64,000 nt of DNA from a bacterium (lineage in GTDB: Bacteria > Electryoneota > Electryoneia > Electryoneales > Electryoneaceae). The notes beneath the pieces are model-generated. The model did not search any database and had not been told where the DNA came from. It saw only the letters and a program-made list of their open reading frames with translations. Both the position numbers and the translations under genes were made by a program. The stretch covers positions 96,108 to 160,107 of the forward strand of contig JAZDLX010000007.1 in NCBI GenBank assembly GCA_043801585.1. The letters are read 5' to 3'. This document shows, one piece after another, positions 59,299-64,000 of this stretch; within the stretch, counting starts at the first letter, position 1, and each line of letters opens with the position of its first letter.

Positions 59299-61430
59299 GT
59301 TTCAACTCCTCATGTTGACCGGGTTTGAAGAGTCTCAATATAACCGAGATAAACGCAGTATTTGGAGCAAAATTGAGTCGATGTTTATCAAGATTTGGAT
59401 TCAATAGTTAAAGAAAACAATCGTAATTCAAGAATGTTTCCAGAACGTTTCGAGGTATCATTTCTTTCCTCTTCAGTTGAGGAGATCTGGTGATTTTAGG
59501 ATATATACGATGGATACAAATCGTTGAAAGCAAGTCGGATTGTGAAGTTCAATCGGTTTCTTTCGCTTCTTGTTGGATAGATCATGTGGCGGGCGAATCG
59601 CATCCCGTTGAATGAGCACTTCGCACCCGGGCCACTTCAACGCTTTGTGATTGTTGGATATAGTTTAATATCTCGACGCTACTCGTGAAAGAGGAATGAA
59701 ATGTTCCAAATGCAATGAACAATCTCCTTTTCCGACGATCCCACTTTTTCTTCTTGTTGAAATCAGGATATCGAAAAGTTGCAGAGACTGTTGAAGACAG
59801 TGGATCTCCCGATTATCAGCTGTGATTGGAGACTGTGCATGATCGGGAACGCGAGTTGGAGACGTTTTCAAGCGAAAAATCAGGGTACTAAACGGATCTT
59901 CTTGTTGAGAGATGACCGCAGGACTTGCGTTGAGGAACAAAGAATGGGCATCAGGTCAGCCAAGGGTTGACGTTCAGCTCCTTCAATGCTGAAGCGCGAT
60001 CGATTAAATGATCAAGGCGTGAGAATCGGTCCTCTCCGTCACCGGAGGGAATCGGGCTGAAATCAACAGAATTATTGCAATGGGAGGGGGGTGACTAAAT
60101 AGGCGGATGAATGAGTCTATGGATCGATCCGCGGGGGAATGAAGTGAACGGATGAATTGATAATGCAACCAATTCAGCACGAATAATAAGCTTCGCGTTG
60201 AGGAAGACCGCTGTTTGGGGAAGAGGACCAGAATAGGCGAATTCCTGCGGAGATTCACCGAGATTGACAAAGGGGTATTGTCAGACTGAGATAGTGTTAT
60301 GGGTCGTGAGTAGAAAAGCCTGCCTGAAAAGGAAAGTATCTCTTTGAACCAATCAAATTGGCCATCGAGAGCATTTTCAAAACGGAAAGGGGAAACGCGC
60401 TTTTAATGTCATTCTGGATGCCGAAATGCCGGGATTCAGAATGACACCCAAATCGATTTTAATCCATTTTAGTGATGTCGCTGTCATGGTTTCCGCCAGC
60501 GTCCCTTGGGATCTGGGACCAGGATCCCTGAATGAAATCAACGGATGGAACAATCAGGACTGCGAGTGGGCTGAAATGATACCTTGGCACAAATGACATC
60601 TGATCAGATGAAGACCTGCATGAAAGGGGAACATCCGGGAAACAGGTGCAAGCAATGAAGGACGCCGGGACGAAAGTCTTCGAAGTTATCTGTTCATGGC
60701 AGTGGCACGGAAAGGCTACCCCGAAAAGGAAGAAATAAAGGGAAGATACAATAGGTGAGCGATGACTGCTTGATCGGTCAATAACCGTCTTCAGGCAAAT
60801 AAACAGGTGAAATTTCGTGTTTGGGGAGTTTTCACCTGCTGACTGGGGGTCGAAAACGAAGAAACGACGAATAACCTGTTGGTATATTGATTGATAAGAG
60901 AATAATTGCGAGCGGCAATTAAATGCAATCAGAAGACCAAGGAAAGCAATATGCCGAATTGTGTATAATGCAATATCATGAGAGTAACGCTTGATTTATC
61001 AAATGCTTTCGTTTTCAGTTTCGCGAGCTGTCATTCCATGTTCTGGATTGCTGGTGGTGTGCATGAGATAGTTGAAGAACGGCGCGAAAAAGAGCGTGGC
61101 GAAAGGGTGACGAATGAACCCTGGCCAGATATCAGAAACCTGCAAGATCAAGAACTGTTGAGAAGAGGCATCCGAAGGAAAAAGAAACAGCCGAGCGGGA
61201 TAAATAAGCAATAATCGCCACCGCGGACAGCGGTCAACTGCCAATCGATCCGGACAAAGCCCACAGATTAGCGACCGCGAAAATGAGACCCTTAAAAATC
61301 AGGACAGATGAGCACCCGAAACGTGAATATCGTTGACTTCTTGTTTGAGTTATTCAGGACACGGTGCACCGGTGAATGAGAGGAGAAGCAGCTGAAAACC
61401 GCATAGCGGCTACATTCCAGAATGCACAAA
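59299..61430. other. ~2.1 kb gene-free, AT-richer, purine-skewed tract
   Basis: Only ORFs of 91 aa or less, none with recognisable motifs; + strand visibly G/A rich. Confidence 0.75.
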
Positions 61431-61458
61431 ATTATACATAATGTATATTATCGGAATG
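61431..61458 (-). other. dif: dif-like XerCD recombination site
   Basis: Minus strand CATTCCGATAA-TATACA-TTATGTATAAT: 11-6-11 architecture, close to E. coli GGTGCGCATAA-TGTATA-TTATGTTAAAT. Confidence 0.85.
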
Positions 61459-61497
61459 AATCCCCAGGATAAAGATGGTTGCTTGGGCAGGCCGCAA

Positions 61498-62772
61498 TCA
61501 CCGTTCGCGGCTTCCACCGGCTATCTCCACGATATCCTCTCCGTACAAATCACGCAGGCGATCCACGGCTCCGAGGAGCTTGCTGCGAGCCTCTGTGCGA
61601 CGGACGTCGAAAAGGTCCGTCTGAACTCCGAGCGGATCCCCCTGCCGGATCAGCCCGGACACCGATATGCCCACGAGCCTGACAGCCGGGTCTCCCGGAC
61701 GCCACAGGTCCGCCAGCAGTTCCCGTGCAGTCCTGTAGATTTCCAGAGGGTCATCCGTCCAGGAGTCCAGTTTTCGCTGATGATCGAACGTCTTGAAATC
61801 GTGCAGGCGCAGTTTCAGTGTGACGACTCGTCCAACATAGTCTTCTTTTCGCATTCTGCGCGTCGCACGGTCGCACAGGTAAAGCAGTTGACGGTGCAGC
61901 ACGGCGAGCTCGGTGACGTCCTGGCCAAAGGTCCGCTCGTGGCCCATGGACTTGTCGTCAGGGCGTTCCTCCATGGCGACAACATCCCTGATGCCGGGTT
62001 TGCTGCCGCACAACAGCGCCCGTAGATCGCGCCCGTGAGCACCCAGCGCGTGCGCCAGGAGCGATTCAGGGCATTCCATCAGGTCACGGACTGTATGGAC
62101 GTTCAACGCTGTCAGGCTCTTTTCCGTTGCCGGCCCGATCCCGGGAACCTCACGGATGTGTAATGGCCAGAGAACGCTCGCAACCTGTTCCGGCGGGATG
62201 ATCGTGAGTCCGTCCGGTTTGTTCAGCCCCGAGGCGATTTTGGCGACGATTCGCGACGGCGCGATCCCCACGGAAGCTGTCAGGTTCAGCCGTTGCCGGA
62301 TCGTCTCCTTGATCCGGCGTCCGTAGCTCTCGGCCCCTCCATAGTATTCCGCACAACCGGTGCCGTCCAGAAACGCTTCGTCGATGCTGTACGGCTCGAC
62401 GATCGGGCTGAACTGCCGCAACGTCTGCATCAATTCAAGAGAAACCGCCGTGTATTTTCCGCCCTTGGTCCGCACGAAAATTCCATTCGGGCACCGCCTG
62501 CCGGCGTCCATCAATGACATCCCGGCGTGAATGCCGTACTTCCGTGCCACATAGTTTGCGGTGGTGACGACGCCCCGGCCGCCTTTTGGGCCGCCGACGA
62601 TGACGGGTTTTCCCCTGAGTGCCGGATTGTCCCGCTCCTCGATGGCGGCAAAGAACGCGTCCATGTCCACGTGGACGATGATACTCACGGCCGTCTTCAC
62701 GCTCTTCGGGGACGGTTTCCGCCGCTCCGGAGCGTCGTCAAGCATCCGTTCGCGCACTTTCGCCTGCATCAT
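61498..62772 (-). CDS. dinB: Y-family DNA polymerase (Pol IV/DinB-like)
   Basis: HVDMDAFFA, YVARKYG, SIDEAFLD, SVGIA...AKIAS..KPDG, PGIG, little finger RLVGI; GGAGG RBS before ATG 62772. Confidence 0.93.
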   Translation of the reverse strand: MMQAKVRERMLDDAPERRKPSPKSVKTAVSIIVHVDMDAFFAAIEERDNPALRGKPVIVGGPKGGRGVVTTANYVARKYGIHAGMSLMDAGRRCPNGIFVRTKGGKYTAVSLELMQTLRQFSPIVEPYSIDEAFLDGTGCAEYYGGAESYGRRIKETIRQRLNLTASVGIAPSRIVAKIASGLNKPDGLTIIPPEQVASVLWPLHIREVPGIGPATEKSLTALNVHTVRDLMECPESLLAHALGAHGRDLRALLCGSKPGIRDVVAMEERPDDKSMGHERTFGQDVTELAVLHRQLLYLCDRATRRMRKEDYVGRVVTLKLRLHDFKTFDHQRKLDSWTDDPLEIYRTARELLADLWRPGDPAVRLVGISVSGLIRQGDPLGVQTDLFDVRRTEARSKLLGAVDRLRDLYGEDIVEIAGGSRER

Positions 62773-62789
62773 CCGAGCCTCCGCAGCCG

Positions 62790-63056
62790 TCAGCCAACGA
62801 GGCAGACCCGGGCGAGCACCCAGCCCCGGGAATCGCTGTTGTAGGTCAGTTCGTAGACGTCCGGTCCGCTGGTCATCACCGAGTAATGGTACAGCCGTGT
62901 CTGTCCCTGGTCGGTGGCCCATTCGCCATTCACACGCTCGACTTTATGGACACGGTTTCGCCAGCGGAATTTGAGGGGTCGGATGCGACCGTCGCGAAAC
63001 AGTGCGATCATTTCAATCCGGTCTCCGATGTCCTCGTATCTCACCGTAAGCCTCAC
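62790..63056 (-). CDS. Small conserved-looking protein, DUF6504/ImuB-C-like
   Basis: 88 aa: IEMIALF.DG.IRPLKFRWRNRVHKV.RV...W...HYSV....VYEL.Y....WVL; 17 nt upstream of polymerase start. Confidence 0.7.
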   Translation of the reverse strand: MRLTVRYEDIGDRIEMIALFRDGRIRPLKFRWRNRVHKVERVNGEWATDQGQTRLYHYSVMTSGPDVYELTYNSDSRGWVLARVCLVG

Positions 63057-63128
63057 GATAACAATCTATTGAAGAGCAATTCAGCAGCAGAGAGTCCTTC
63101 ACCATGCCGCGCCGAACGCTTTTCTTAT

Positions 63129-63144
63129 CTGAACAAATGTTCAG
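63129..63144. promoter_or_regulatory. LexA (SOS) box, GAAC-N4-GTTC type
   Basis: CTGAACA-aa-TGTTCAG palindrome upstream of a Y-polymerase operon, at the predicted transcription start. Confidence 0.75.
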
Positions 63145-63147
63145 TCA

Positions 63148-63176
63148 AAGGTAGGGGTTTTTCCGAAGGACGTCAA
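63148..63176 (-). promoter_or_regulatory. Sigma70-type promoter of the PolY operon
   Basis: Minus strand TTGACG-N17-TACCTT. Confidence 0.6.
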
Positions 63177-63213
63177 GGGTGTGACTCGAAGTCATGGGGC
63201 ATCCATCTCCGGA

Positions 63214-63999
63214 TCAAAACAGAGGGCCGACTCGGAAACGCACAAGAATGCCATCCGCGGGGAACCGTCCGCTGCGGGCGGCTTCGATGCGAATGACATC
63301 CCTGTAAGGAACATGAAAGATCAGGCCGACGCCGTAGGAAACCTCCCACCCGTCGGTGGCCTGCAGGTCCGGGAGGTTGGATGCGGCGGCGGTCGCTCCC
63401 CCCACCACTCCCCCATCCACAAAGAGTGTTGCGGAGATGCCGAATTTGAGGTTGCGGGCGTAGCTTCGCATGAACTCGAAACTCGGGAGAGTGATATAGC
63501 GGATCGGCAGCAGGTCGCTTCGCAGCTCGACGGAACCGATGGACCGCCAGGTTCCCTCGTAGGAGGCGGCCATTGCCGTTCGAACGCCGTTGTCACGGTT
63601 GAGGATGAATTGCCGGTAAAGCGGCGGATTGCCGACAAAGGAGGAGAGCTCCGTACGGGCGGCGAGGTGGATGCGTTCCGACGGCGAAACGAGGCCCCCC
63701 AGCGCAAGGAACGGTTGGACGTAGGCGATGTCGGGTGAGTTGACGTCGAAGGACGTTGCAAGACTCAGTTTGGCAACATAGCCGCTGGACGCCCAGGGCC
63801 GGTATGTACGGGTATCGCGTTGCACGCCCGCCTGCAACTGGAGGCTCGTATTCGTGCTACCGGATCCGGAGAGATCTTCGGCAATCGTTGTTCGTCCGTC
63901 ATAAGGAGTGAAATTTCGCTCGCTGAGGCGGGATTTCAGGTAGAGCGAATTCTGCAGGTTGATCCGATGGCCGAGCGAGATGCCCAGGTAGCGGTCCCG
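63214..63999 (-). CDS. BamA/TamA-family outer-membrane beta-barrel protein, C-terminal part (5' truncated by window)
   Basis: Frame open to window edge; RDTR..PW.SSG, ELR, LFVDGG, SYGVGL, IRIEAA, terminal Phe. Confidence 0.7.
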   Translation of the reverse strand, partial: RDRYLGISLGHRINLQNSLYLKSRLSERNFTPYDGRTTIAEDLSGSGSTNTSLQLQAGVQRDTRTYRPWASSGYVAKLSLATSFDVNSPDIAYVQPFLALGGLVSPSERIHLAARTELSSFVGNPPLYRQFILNRDNGVRTAMAASYEGTWRSIGSVELRSDLLPIRYITLPSFEFMRSYARNLKFGISATLFVDGGVVGGATAAASNLPDLQATDGWEVSYGVGLIFHVPYRDVIRIEAARSGRFPADGILVRFRVGPLF

Positions 64000-64000
64000 G

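Noticed and set aside
59566..59937. Possible CRISPR or guide-RNA array
   Set aside because: Repeats only 10-11 bp, irregularly spaced, and no cas or other effector gene nearby
60702..60718. TGGCACG sigma54-like promoter
   Set aside because: GG-to-GC spacing is 9 rather than 10 nt and there is no downstream gene
59665..61244. ORFs of 63-91 aa in the gene-free tract
   Set aside because: No clear RBS, motifs or host-like codon usage

Overview
Chromosomal window of a moderately GC-rich diderm bacterium (TolC/RND, TonB receptor, BamA/TamA-like protein). An FCB-related lineage is a guess from gene content only. About 46 protein genes, mostly housekeeping: pgi, purF, cysS, mltG, pcrA/uvrD, nadC, GH57 branching enzyme, galT-like, folD, rocD, glgP, purL, pgpA, tricorn protease and a Y-family polymerase. 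Three tRNAs (Val-TAC, Asp-GTC, initiator Met). A TPP riboswitch drives a TonB receptor plus Na+:solute symporter. Several families of REP/MITE-like palindromes occur with no transposase in view. The most notable area is the right end. A ~2.1 kb gene-free, purine/G-skewed tract with co-oriented CTTC-N1-2-GTTG motifs and many hairpins ends at a 28-bp XerCD dif-like site (61431-61458, probable replication terminus). This is followed by a two-gene operon with a GAAC-N4-GTTC LexA-type box at its predicted transcription start, encoding an 88-aa ImuB-C/DUF6504-like protein and a catalytically intact PolY with clamp-binding and RecA-NT-like tail motifs, a candidate variant mutasome. No CRISPR array, rRNA, integrase or transposase was seen. 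All calls come from reading motifs by eye; no database searches were run.
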